Positions 15,258 through 26,900 of a stretch of 64,000 nucleotides of DNA are shown here, in pieces. The notes below the pieces were generated by a model. It had not been told where the DNA came from and did not search any database. It was given only the letters and a program-made list of their open reading frames with translations. The stretch comes from the human T2T-CHM13v2.0 reference genome, Homo sapiens. The number at the start of each line of letters is the position of its first letter. Positions within the stretch are counted from its first letter, which is position 1. The stretch lies in NCBI RefSeq assembly GCF_009914755.1, contig NC_060927.1; one strand, given 5' to 3'. Both the position numbers and the translations under genes were made by a program.

Positions 15258-15411
15258 TTTTATTTTATTTTATTTTATTTTAAGTTCTGGAATACATGTG
15301 CTGAACGTGCAGGTTTGTTACATAGGTATACGTGTGCCATGTGGTTTGCTGCACCTATCTACCCGTCATCTAGGTCTTAAGCCCTGTGAGCATTAGCTAT
15401 TTGTCCTGATA
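15258..15411 (-). mobile_element. Short L1PA 3' end (older L1PA, ~PA10)
   Basis: aagttctggaatacatgtgctgaacgtgcagg; degenerate TSD ttccatgaaatcttct / tttcatggaatcttct. Confidence 0.85.
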
Positions 15412-15604
15412 CTTTCATGGAATCTTCTGCAGATATGCTGACTTCTGAATGAATTTGAAGCAGTTATATCAATATATATCTGTATTATATATAATACAAT
15501 AAATCTGTTTCTGAAAATCCTTTCAGAAACAGATTTTCTGAAAGGAAGATGAACATTTTAAAAAATAAAGGCTATTAACTTTTATATTAATTTAAAGTTA
15601 TTTC

Positions 15605-16300
15605 AATAAAATTGATTTTTAGAGCAGTTTTAGGTCTACAGAGAAATAGAGCAGAAAGTACAGAGAGTTCCCACAAACGCCCTCTTCCCTTACCCCACAC
15701 ACAGTTTTCTGTATTAATAACATCTTGCTTTGTGGTACATTTGTTACAAGTGATGAACCAATATCGACACATTGTTATAAATGGAAGTTCATAGTTTATA
15801 TTCACTCTTTGTGTTGTACAGTTCTATGGGTTTTGCTAAATCCACAATGTCACTTATCCACCATTACAGTATCATACAGAACAGTTTTACTGTCATAAAA
15901 ATCCCCTGTGCTGTACCTATTCTTATTTCCTCCCCAAGCTCCCAGCAACTACTGATCTTCTTACTTTCTCTGTAGTTTTGCATTTTTCAGAATAATTGGA
16001 ATCATACAATATGTAGCCTTATCAGACTGTCTTCTTTCACTTAGCAGCATGCATTTAATGTCCTCCCACATATGTTTGTTGCTTGATGGCTCATTTCTTT
16101 TTATTGCTGAATAATATTCTATTGTAGGGATGTACCACAGCTTATTTATCTATTCAACAACTGAAGGACATTTAGTTGCTTTCAAGTTTTGGAATTATAA
16201 ATAAAGCTGCTGTAAACATCTATGTGCAGGTTTTTGTGTGGACATAAGTTTGCAATTCATTTCACAAGGACTGTGCTTGTTGGATTACGTGGTAAGACTA
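15605..16300 (-). mobile_element. L1MB/L1MC 3' end
   Basis: tttagagcagttttaggtctacaga...aagtacagagagttccca...gaatcatacaatatgtagcc...aaagctgctgtaaacat. Confidence 0.8.
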
Positions 16301-17359
16301 TTTTTCTTGGCCTTGTGTAGATTTCAGTCAGGGAAAAATATAGTCTTTTTTGCCTCTGAAAAATCTGTTCACAAAACCCAAGAATGCTACCTACATGTGT
16401 TAATAAGTCAGTGCAACATCAAGAGAGTTATAGCCACCAGTATGAGTTCTGCAAGAATACAGAACACTTGGCCAGTGTCACAATCAGAAATACAACAAAT
16501 CCCATATCTTTTGGAGGCTAAGAAAGTGGAAAAACAGGTTGTGAATGTGCACAGAACTTGCTTGTATTCTCCAGAAAATTCAAATCCCTTACACACAGTA
16601 ATCATTAAAATGTGATAGCAAGCACATTTAACCTCTAAAAGGTGATGATGGTGTTGCCTTCCTGACATTTGGTGAAAATACATTAACAGCTTTTCAACAT
16701 ATTCAACTTTTATGATTCTGACAAAGAAAATGAAACTCTAGGATGCTGTACGTTAAATATTCTCTAAGTATTCTAAACTAGCAGCTGCTGCTTTCTCCAC
16801 ATTTCAGTTCTCAACATGGAATCTTTGGATTAAAGCCATTGCACATTTCCCGTCAAAATAAGGGTTAATTTTAAACTCATTTTCACTCCCATTCTCCAAG
16901 ACCTCTGAAGAAAGAAATACCAACCCGTTATCTATCCTAAAATGAGGTGGTAGTTTACGTATCTGTAGAAGAAACAATCTGTGGAAGGAACAATATAGGA
17001 CTTAACTGGATTTGATTTACATGAAATTGGTCCTCTCTAAGGTAGTACTCTTATAATGCTTTTGTTAGTCTGTCGATCAAAGCATTTAAAAATAATACTT
17101 AATATCTCCCACATCAGAGTTAACATTTAAATGTTTTATCTTAAGTGTAAAGTTTTAAGTTTATAATTTTTGTAGATTTAGGAATATTCACTTTATAACA
17201 ATAGAACTATTATTTATTAAATGTTTTATTGAATTCTAAATGTAAATTTAATATAATCAGGAAACATATTTAAGAAATGTTTTAGAAAAAATATGAAGGG
17301 AAGTTTATGAGATGTGGAATGTATGATATTGTCTTAATTTTACCTTCATACTAGGTTCA

Positions 17360-17428
17360 TATTTCAAATGATTTGTGCTCAAAACTTATTTTGTGCTTCT
17401 TATTTCAAATGATTTGTGCTCAAAACTT
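17360..17428. repeat. 28-bp direct duplication with 13-nt spacer
   Basis: tatttcaaatgatttgtgctcaaaactt at 17360-17387 and 17401-17428. Confidence 0.9.
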
Positions 17429-19584
17429 TAAAAATATTGCAGCATATTTGTCTTGAATCTCATCATAATCTAATTTAGATAAAAGTAAAAAATTATTTTT
17501 AGATAAAGATAAAAAAAGAAAAATACCACTTAGAAACATTTGAAATTTTTTTCATTTTTCTTTTTTTTTACTCTATGGATACTTTTAAGGTTTTCTTATG
17601 ATCTTTTAAACAGTGGGGGAAATTGTATTTCATTACATTTTTCTTCATTATTCTTTTTGTGTTGTGCTTTGGAAATTCATAGTACACAGATGTTGGAACT
17701 TCCAGATATAACTTTCGTGTTCCTACATCTTTTCTGTCATGTTTTTCATTTTTTTTTTCTTTTATACTTCATTCAGAGATGACACTGGCTTAGTGTTCCA
17801 GCTTATTAATTCATTCTTTAGTGTTTTTTTTTGTCACTAAACCGATCTGTTTAATTTTGTATTTTAATGGTTCCATTTTTGTATTATAGGATCACTAATA
17901 GTTTCCTTTTCAGGATGTGGTATTCCCCCACTGTGTTATTGCACTATGCATATGCAGTAAGCCCACTTTTAAATATTCTGTTGCTGCATAAATGGTTGCT
18001 TTTGGTGTTATTTCTTCTATTTACCTAGATGCCCCCTTTTCATAGTGTTGGCCTTGTGAGTTTCATAATTACCCCCAACTACTTGCTCATATTTGCATTT
18101 TGGAATTCCTGATCCATTCTTTAGATGCTAGTTCTGATTACAGTGACTTGTTTTTGGAGATTTTTGATGCAGTATGGAGTTAGTGGGGTGGAAGGATCCA
18201 TGGGACTCTGCCCAGTCTCTCCAAGTTTAAGATAAACACTCCTAGCTTTAATCAGAGTTCAAGGCCCCTATGTCCCACAGGTGAACTCAAGTTGGGAGTG
18301 TCCAGCAAGTCCATCTTTTCTGGAATGTTGCCGCACATAAAACCACCTAGAGTACTGCAGAGGTTCCCCACTTTGTTTCTTGAATTCATTCATATTCTGA
18401 ATTTAAAGATTCCCTGAAACCAATCATACTTTGCACAGCAGTTTCCTGCTCATGGTTTCAGATCAGATCTTTTTCAATTATTTCTCCAAAGGTATAAGTC
18501 AGTATTCTTAAATTCCTTAGAATGACAAGGCCTGCTATTGTACTTTTTTTCTGTTAGCCAGCTTTATAACAAATTTAAACTTTTCTAAAATATACTTTCT
18601 GTCATTTCTTATGATTTTATGTGAGAAATACATAGACACAGGTTCTCAGTTGGCTCTCCTGATTCAATTTCCACTTTATTCTCTAAAGAAACTCTCATGT
18701 CAAATTAAAATGCAATTATTTTCTTATCTTGATAATACCCTGTAATTTCTCTAATGCAGTTTCAGAGGAATGATAAAAGCATATGGGTATTGCATCTCCT
18801 AAAACAGCTGTAAGCCAAAGGGAACAGAGTTGCATACGTCAAGGATTTAACATTGATACATTTTATGCCATCTTAAACTCCACCAGGAAGCATCATCCTG
18901 ATGAGTTTCTTGGGATCAGCCGTTTCAATTAACTTGTTTATATTACCAAGCCATTTGTATAAGCACAGGCTTAGCTGCCCTGCATGATGGCATAATGGAC
19001 AGGTTAAATGATAAAGATAAATCTTTCTGTCTAGCTGAAGTCTTTGCATGTGTGTATTCACACACAGATCTAGACACATATAAATATCCATTCAAGACTA
19101 GACACACTACACACACATTCCTTTGAGACAATTCCAGTATCACCTACTATGGGAGGCTATTTCTGTTCCCTTTAGAATTTGATATGTGCCTTTTCATTGT
19201 GCTCCCAAGCACTCTATTCTCTCAATTTATATGGTTCACATAAGCCTGGAATGTAATTTTTTTTGTTTGATCTTCGCTATCCCCTCACCTTTCACTGAAT
19301 CTGAGCACTCTCATGGCAAGAGAAAAGGGTATTCTTTATTCTTCTTTATCTTTCAAAAATGGTTTGCAATGATCTGTCTCATACTGAGTATTATGGGCTC
19401 AGTAAATATGCTTTTAATATCGATACACTCATACACATATATACACACAGACATGGGTATTCACATGTAACATCAACTATATATAAAGTGAATGAAATTG
19501 TGATAGTAAACACTTCTATCTTGCTTAACTTCCTCGACCATATGTATACTCAAAACTATTTGTTTCTAGGTATGATCAGCGCAA

Positions 19585-19810
19585 GTGCTCCTTGACCTAT
19601 GATGGGGTTACATACCAATAAATTCACCATAAGCTTAGAAGATCCTAAGTTGAAAGTGTGTTTATGACTGATGATATTCTCAATTTACAATAGATTTATC
19701 CATATGCAACCCCATTGTAAGTCAAGGAGTGTACTGAAAGTATATTATTTTCACACCACCATAAAGTTAAAAAATCATAAGTTAAACCATTGAAAGTTTG
19801 GGACTATCTG
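19585..19810 (+). mobile_element. TcMar-Tigger MITE (MER47/Tigger5-like)
   Basis: tgctccttgacctatgatggggttaca...ccattgtaagtc...gggactatctg followed by TA. Confidence 0.65.
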
Positions 19811-20816
19811 TACATATTTATACAAATATACTTTCTCTTTCCCCATGTAAAGACACACAGATTTAAGCTACACAGAGTGATTCATCCTAATAATTTAATT
19901 TATAATACAAAATTTATAGTTTCCCCACATAATCATAGTCATATATCAGTTTTTACATATATTTAAATATATACATCTACATGTACACATATTGTATATT
20001 TGCTAACATATAGTATGATTAGAAGTGTGAGGAAAAGAGAAAAGGAGCTCTTCTTCTTACTTTATTGCTATGATAAATTGGGTGATGATGACTCAGAAAG
20101 TTTGTGTGTTGGGTTGTTTTGATATATTGTATATTTTTCTTTGATTCTTTTCAAGGATCAGGAATTGACAGAGTAGAAAAGAAATGTCCTGCACTAAAAG
20201 GACCTGTATTGTAAAGCATGTATTACAGGCATACCTCATATTATTGTGATTCACTTTATTGTACTTTGCAGAAATTGCGTGTTTTACAAATGGAAGGTGT
20301 GTGATAATCCTGCAGCCAGCAAACCTATTGGCACTATTTTTTTCAAGACTATGTGTTCACTTCTTGTTTCTGTGTCACATTTTGGTAATTCTTACAATAT
20401 TTCAAATGTATTATTATATCTGTTAGGATGTTCTGTGGTCAGTGATCTTTGATGTTACTATTGCAATTGTTTTGGGGCACCACAGATTGTGCTTATATAA
20501 GACATTAAACTCAGTCAATATATGTTGTTTGTGATCTGACTGCTCCACTGACTGGCTGTTTCCCCATCTTGCTCTTTCTTCTTGAGCCTCCCTATTCGCT
20601 GAGACACAACAATATTGAAATTATGCCAATTGAAAACCCTAAAATGCCTCCTGGGTGTTCAAAAGAAAGGAAGAATTGCACTTCTCTCATTTTAAATCAA
20701 AAGCTATAAATAATTAAGCTTGTTGAAGAAAGCATGTTGAAAGCCAAGCCACTTGCACCAAAGACTTCGTCAACTTAGTCAAGGAAAAGTTTTGAAGGAC
20801 ACTTTTAAAATTTGCT

Positions 20817-21110
20817 CTAATCGAGGTAGAATGATAATTACCAGAAGCTGGGAAAGATGTGTGGGGGGAGAAGGCGGATGAAGAGAGGTTGGTTAATGGA
20901 TACAAACATACTGCTAGATATAAGGAATATGTTATAGCATTTTGATAGAGCACTAGTGTGACTGTAAGATTTGAAATGTGCCCAACTCAAAGAAATGTTT
21001 GAGGTGATGAATATCCTAAATACTATGATTTGATCATTATACATTGTATGCATGTATCAAAATATCACATGTACCCCATAAGTACGTAAAAATAGTATGT
21101 ATTAATTAAA
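20817..21110 (+). mobile_element. L1MA 3' UTR fragment inside Tigger1
   Basis: gtagaatgataattaccagaagctgg...aaatatcacatgtaccccataa. Confidence 0.82.
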
Positions 21111-21173
21111 ACATTTTACTCCAGTGAACACACAAATGATAAGAAAATGAAAGAACAGCCTTATTAGTGATAG

Positions 21174-22770
21174 TGAGAGGTGACAGCGTCCTGGCAGTCC
21201 TCACAGCCCTCGTTCACTCTCTGAGCCTCCTCTCCCTGGGCTCCCACTTTGGCGGCACTTGAGGAGCCCTTCAGCCCACCACTGCACTGTGGGAGCTCCT
21301 TTCTGGGCTGGCCAAGGCCGGAGCCAGCTCCCTCAGCTTGCAGGGAGGTGGGGAGGGAGAGGTGCCAGCAGCAACCGGGGCTGCACGCCGCGCTTGGGGA
21401 CCAGCTGGAGTTCCAGGTGGGCGTGGGCTTGGCGGGCTCCGCACTGTGAGCAGCCTGCCAGAGCATCCGCCGGCCCTACCGGCCCCAGGCAGTGAGGGGT
21501 TTAGCACCCGGGCCAGCGGCTGCGGAGGGTGTACGGGGTCCCCCAGCAGTGCCAGGCCACCGGCACTGCGCTTGATTTCTCACCGGGCCTTAGCTGCCTT
21601 CCGGCAGGGCAGGGCTCGGGACCCTGCAGCCCGCCATACCTGAGCCTCCTACCACCTCCCTGGGCTCCTGTGCGGCCAGAGCCTCCCCAATGAGCGCCGC
21701 CCCCTGCTCCACGACGCCCAGTCCCATCCACCACCCAAGGGCTGAGGAGTGCTGGCACATGGCACTGGACTGGCAGGCAGCTCCACCTGCAGCCCCAGTG
21801 GGGGATCCACTGGGTGAAGCCAGCTGGGCTCTTGAGTCTGGTAGGGACTTGGAGAACCTTTATGTCTAGCTCAGGGATTGTAAATACACCAATCAGCACT
21901 CTGTATCTAGCTCAAAGTATGTAAACACACCAATCAGCACCCTGTGTCTAGCTCAGGGTTTGTGAATGCACCAATTGACACTCTGTATCTAGCTACTCTG
22001 GTGGGGCCTTGGAGAACCTTTATGTCTAGCTCAGGGATTGTAAATACACCAATCGGCACTCTGTATCTAGCTCAAGGTTTGTGAACACACCAATCAGCAC
22101 CCTGTGTCTAGCTCAGGGTTTGTGAATGCACCAATCAACACTCTGTATCCAGCTACTCTGGTGGGGCCTTGGAGAACCTTTGTGTCCACACTCTGTATCT
22201 AGCTAATCTGATGGGGACGTGGAGAATCTTTGTGTCTAGCTCAGGGATTGTAAACGCACCAATCTGTCAAAACAGACCACTGGGCTCTACCAATCAGCAG
22301 GATGTGTGTGGGGCCAGGTAAGAGAATAAAAGCAGGCTGCCCCAGACAGCAGTGGCAACCTGCTCAGGTCCTCTTCCACACTGTGAAAGCTTTGTTCTTT
22401 CGCTCCTTGCAATAAATTTTGCTACTGCTCCCTCTTTGGGTCCACACTGCTTTTATGAGCTGTAACACTCACCACGAAGGTCTGCAGCTTCACTCCTGAA
22501 GCCAGCGAGACCACGAACCCACTGGGAGGAACGAGCAACTCCAGACCTGCCGCCTTAAGAGCTGTAACACTCACCGCGAAGGTCTGCAGCTTCACTCCTG
22601 AGCTAGCGAGATCACGAACCCACCAGAAGGAAGAAACTCCGAACACATCTGAACATCAGAAGGAACAAACTCCGGACACGCCTCCTTTAAGAACTGTAAC
22701 ACTCACCGCGTGGGTCCACAGCTTAATTCTTGCAGTCAGTGAGACCAAGAACCGACCAATTCTGGACACA
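21174..22770 (+). mobile_element. LTR12C (ERV9) solo LTR
   Basis: tgagaggtgacagcg...tctggacaca, 1597 bp, TG..CA ends, 4-bp TSD atag at 21170-73 and 22771-74, GC-rich U3 and tandem subrepeats. Confidence 0.95.
21840..22335 (+). promoter_or_regulatory. LTR12 enhancer/promoter repeat array (NF-Y CCAAT and GATA motifs, AATAAA TATA-like box)
   Basis: ~40-bp subrepeats in ~161-bp higher-order units; eight ccaat motifs between 21885 and 22295; several tatct; aataaaa at ~22325. Confidence 0.7.
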
Positions 22771-23606
22771 ATAGGGAGAAAGCTTTAACAGTCTGGATAG
22801 ATTAAACTAGCAGTAGTATTCCTTTAAGCCAAAGCCTAATCCAGAGCAAGGCCCTAACTCTCTTAAATTCTGTGAAAACTGGGAGAAGTAAGGAAATTTT
22901 AAAAGAAAAATTTGAAACTAGAAGAGGTGGCTGTGTGAGGTTTCAGGAAAGAAGCCATCTCTATAATATAAAATACAAGGTGAAGGAGCAGGTTCTGATG
23001 CAGAAGCTGCAGCAAGTTATCCAGAAAATCTAGCTAAGATAATTGATGAAGGTAGCTACACTAAACAGCAGATTTTCAGTATAGATGAAACAACCTTCTT
23101 TTGGAAAAATATGCCATTTATGACTTTCCTAGGTAAAGAGAAGTCAATGCCTAACTTCAAAGAACAAATTGACTCTCTTGTTTGGGGCTAATGCAGCTGG
23201 TGACTTTAAGTTGAAGCTGATGCTCATTTATCATTCTGAAAATATTATGGCACTTAAGAATTATACTAAATCTACTCTGCCTCTGCTCCATAAATAGAAC
23301 CACAAAGCCTAGATGGCAGTACATTTGTTTATAGCATGGTTAACTAAAGATTTTAAGCCCACTGTTGAGACCTACTGCTGAAAAAATATTCCTTTCAAAA
23401 TATTACTGCTCACTGGCATAAATATCTGGTCACTCAAGAGCTTTGATGGAGATATACAAGGAAATTAATGCTGTATTTATGCATGCTAACATATCATTTA
23501 TTCTGCAGCCCATTGATCAAGGAGTAATTTTGACTTTCAAGTTTTGTTATTTAAGACATTGTTATTAATACATATTGTAAGGCAATAGCTGCTATACATA
23601 GTGATT

Positions 23607-23922
23607 TATTCGTGTCTGTGACAGTAACATGGATGTAGCTGGAGGCCATTATCCTCAGCTCATTAATGCAAAAACAGAAAACCAAATACTTCATGTTGTC
23701 ACTCATAAGTAGGCACTGGGTACACATGGACACAAAGATAGGACCAATAAACATTGGGAATTCCAAAAGTGAGGAGACAAGGATGGGGGCAAGGGTTGGA
23801 AAACTACCTATCAGGTACTATGTTTACTACTTTGGCTACATTAGAAGCCCAAATCTCAGCATCACTCAATATACCCAGGTAACAAACCTGCACATGTATC
23901 CCCCTGAATCTATTTTTTTTAA
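23607..23922 (+). mobile_element. L1 (old L1PA/L1PB) 3' UTR fragment inside Tigger1
   Basis: acatggatgtagctggaggccattatcct...gtaacaaacctgcacatgtatcccc; flanks atagtgat / atggtgat. Confidence 0.82.
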
Positions 23923-26719
23923 AGATGGTGATATCTCTGATGGATCTGGACAAAGTAAACTGAAAATCTTCTGGAAAGAATTTACTATTCTAGATGTAAT
24001 TTAGAACATTCATGATTCATGAAAGGAAGCCAAAATATCAATATTAACAGGAGTTTGGAAGAAGTTGATTTCAGCCTTCATGGATGCTTTTAAGGGGTTT
24101 AAGACTTCAGTGGAAAAATTAACTATAGATGTGTCGGAAATAGCAAGAGAACTAGAATTAAAAGTGGAGCCTGAGATGTGGACTGAATTGCTGCAATATC
24201 ATTATGAAATTTGAATGGGTTAGTTGTTTCTTATGGATAGGCAAAAAAAGTTTCTTCAGATAGAATCTACTCCTAATGAAGATTCTGTGAACATTGTTGA
24301 AATGACAACAAAGGATTTAAAATATTGAATAAACTTAGCTGGTAAATCAGTAGCAGGATTTGAGAGGATTGAGTCTAATTTTGAAAGAACTTCTACTGTG
24401 GTTAAAATGCTATCTAACAGCATCTTGTGCTACAGAAAAAATCTTGCATGAAAGAAAGAGTCAATCGATATGGCAAACTTTATTGTTATCTTATTTTAAG
24501 AAATTGCCACAGCTACCCGATACTTCAGCAACCACCACCTTGATCCACTAATTGATCAATCAGAAGCCATCAACATTGAGGCAAGACCCTCCACCAGCAA
24601 AAAGATTATGACTCACTGAAATTTTAGATGATCATTAGCATTTTTAGCAATAAAGTATTTTTAATTAATATATGTACATTTTAAACACAATGCTCTTGCA
24701 CATTTAATATAGTGTAAACATAACTTCTATATGCACTAGGAAACCAAGATATTGGTGTGACTTATTTTATTATGATGTTCATTTTATTGCAGTGATCTGG
24801 AACCAAACCTACAATGTCTCCAAAACATGCCTGTACATGTATTTATACATACTCTATGTAGTTTGGTTTATACTTTATCAGTTTTTGTTTTGTTTTAGGC
24901 AGAGGAGCTGAGTGATTTATTAAAATGAGTCCAAAAAGGAATCATTTTACGGTAGTTGCTGATGAGTCTCCAAAAGTTCAAAAATTTTCATATTGACAAT
25001 AAGAGTTGGGAAACAATGAAAAGAACCAAAAGAAACGGTGTAGGAAACTTGTGATTCTCCCTTTGGGGTATGCTAGAATCTGCCTGTAGTTATACTCTCA
25101 AGACAATAATGGGAGCTAAAGGTCCACCATGAGGAGAATAGGCATCTCTTTATAAAGTTATCTCATATAAGGTTATCACAGTTTTTGTAAAAAGACAAGG
25201 CTATTTTACTCAGACATGGTTATGGGGGTTGGGGGGAGTTTTAAGGATTTCAAATCTTGTCATTCAGTGACATAATTTTCAAATATAAGATTTATGAACC
25301 TAAATTTACATTTTAAACATGCAGTATTAAACATGTGGTCTGATTTTCAGCTATGTCCACACTGCGTAATAATGGTATAATTTTGAAGATTCCATAAAAG
25401 CGCTATAGTTTTCTGACCATGCCTTGAGTTTATTTTTTTCACTGTGATTTTATAAGCTCTTTGGTTAACCACATGTAGCATATTATCACAAAATCTTTGT
25501 AGACAGCATATTATAACAGTTGAGAATAACCGAACATGGTACTCCAAAACCCTGTATTGATGTGCACTTTATCTCAAGCACATACAAGTGATAATTTAAT
25601 TGTTTTGCTATTGCATGTTGTGCACTAGTGTAATATTCCATTTTCTCCTGGCAATTGGGTCATAATTTATCCTCGATCATATCAGCATCTAATCCAAAAT
25701 CCTGCTGTTGAAAGCCTGGTACCTGATACTAAGCAGTGTTTCTGTCACAGTTTAATATGACAGAAACCACTTCAGGTATTTCAAACAAAAAATTAGTATG
25801 TTGAATTCATGACAGATTGTTGGATATACTGGAAGAATGAAGGTTAAAAAAGATAGGAAGAAAAAACAAAACAAAAGTAAAAAAGGGCAAACATCAAACA
25901 TCAGACATTCAGGCATCAAAACTTGTCAATGCTCTCATTCTCATTGTTGTTCATAAAACGTCTTTTCCACGTTTCCTGTGTTCATCAGATGTTAACTGAG
26001 ACTCTGCTTCCTTCATTATTATCAACAACTTCCCTTGCTAAAAGCCAAATGCAGCAATGCTCCTGCTTATTTTAATAGCATTTTCAAGTTAAGGATAAGT
26101 ATTATTTTTAGCTCTCTATTATACTCCTTACATTTCATTAGTTGTATCAGAACATTTCTCTCATCAACTTTCTTACAGTTTTCAATTGCCTACAGTGCCA
26201 ACCAGACTCTTAGGGGATGGGACGTTCTGGATTAATTATCTTTAAAATTGATTTTTATCTGTTTCTTTTTCTGGTGTCCTATAGGGACTTCTCACCTGGG
26301 CTGACTTGTTTATATGCTGTTTTTGATATGGTAGCCCTGAGACAGAAGGGCAATGGTTTTCTTAGGTGGGAATAATGTGGATTGCTTCCTACATCTTGAT
26401 TGTTAAGTCCAGAAAAAAAATCGTGATTCTGTGTGCATCAGTTTTGTATCCTACAATGAGGATAATGTTAGAGGTTTTCTCTGTCTCCAAACCTAGACCA
26501 GAACAATACACCCCCTACTTTAAGCACTGACTTTATAGGTGAGGAACTAGAGTATCTATGTGATTCTGCTGGACAACCCACCTATTTAATGCCCAGGTAT
26601 CGTTTTTGGTTTTGTTTTTTCCTTGGACCTTCATAATTTGTGACAAAGACTGATCCCTTCCTTAATCTTCTTTCTTCCATTAGAGTTTGCAAAAGGTCAC
26701 TCAGTAAATAATTAGACTA

Positions 26720-26900
26720 TGAATAATAATGATGATAATAAAATAAAATAACAACTAGCTATGAATCATTACTATGTTTCAGCCTCTGTTCTTAATATGT
26801 ACTACCATTAATTCTCACAACAACAATTTGACATAATAATATGATGGTCTCTATTTAAGAAGTGAGAAATATGAGGCATAGAAAAGTAAATTTTTTGCAT
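26720..26900 (-). mobile_element. MIR
   Basis: ttaattctcacaacaac...tatttaagaagtgagaaatatgaggcataga. Confidence 0.65.

Larger units (their letters stand above)
20226..24833 (+). mobile_element. Full-length Tigger1 DNA transposon (decayed transposase), interrupted three times
   Basis: TIRs caggcatacctc...aaacatgcctg with TA at 20224-25 and 24834-35; internal transposase sequence (gatgaaacaaccttcttttggaaaaatatgcca, ctgcagcccattgatcaaggagtaat). Confidence 0.92.

Noticed and set aside
17600-18670. Possible HAL1 or ancient L1 fragment
   Set aside because: The resemblance is too weak to name or bound without an alignment.
21164-21899. GC-rich island with overlapping ORFs as a gene promoter or exon
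   Set aside because: It lies almost entirely within the LTR12C U3 region, and the ORFs reflect high GC content.
21840-22770. Regular repeats as a CRISPR-like array
   Set aside because: These are LTR12 internal tandem subrepeats with no unique spacers and no cas genes, in eukaryotic DNA.
24899-24951. Plus-strand exon containing ATG (MSPKRNHFT)
   Set aside because: The acceptor is good but the donor (acg|gtagtt) is weak, and there is no supporting neighbouring exon or recognisable protein.
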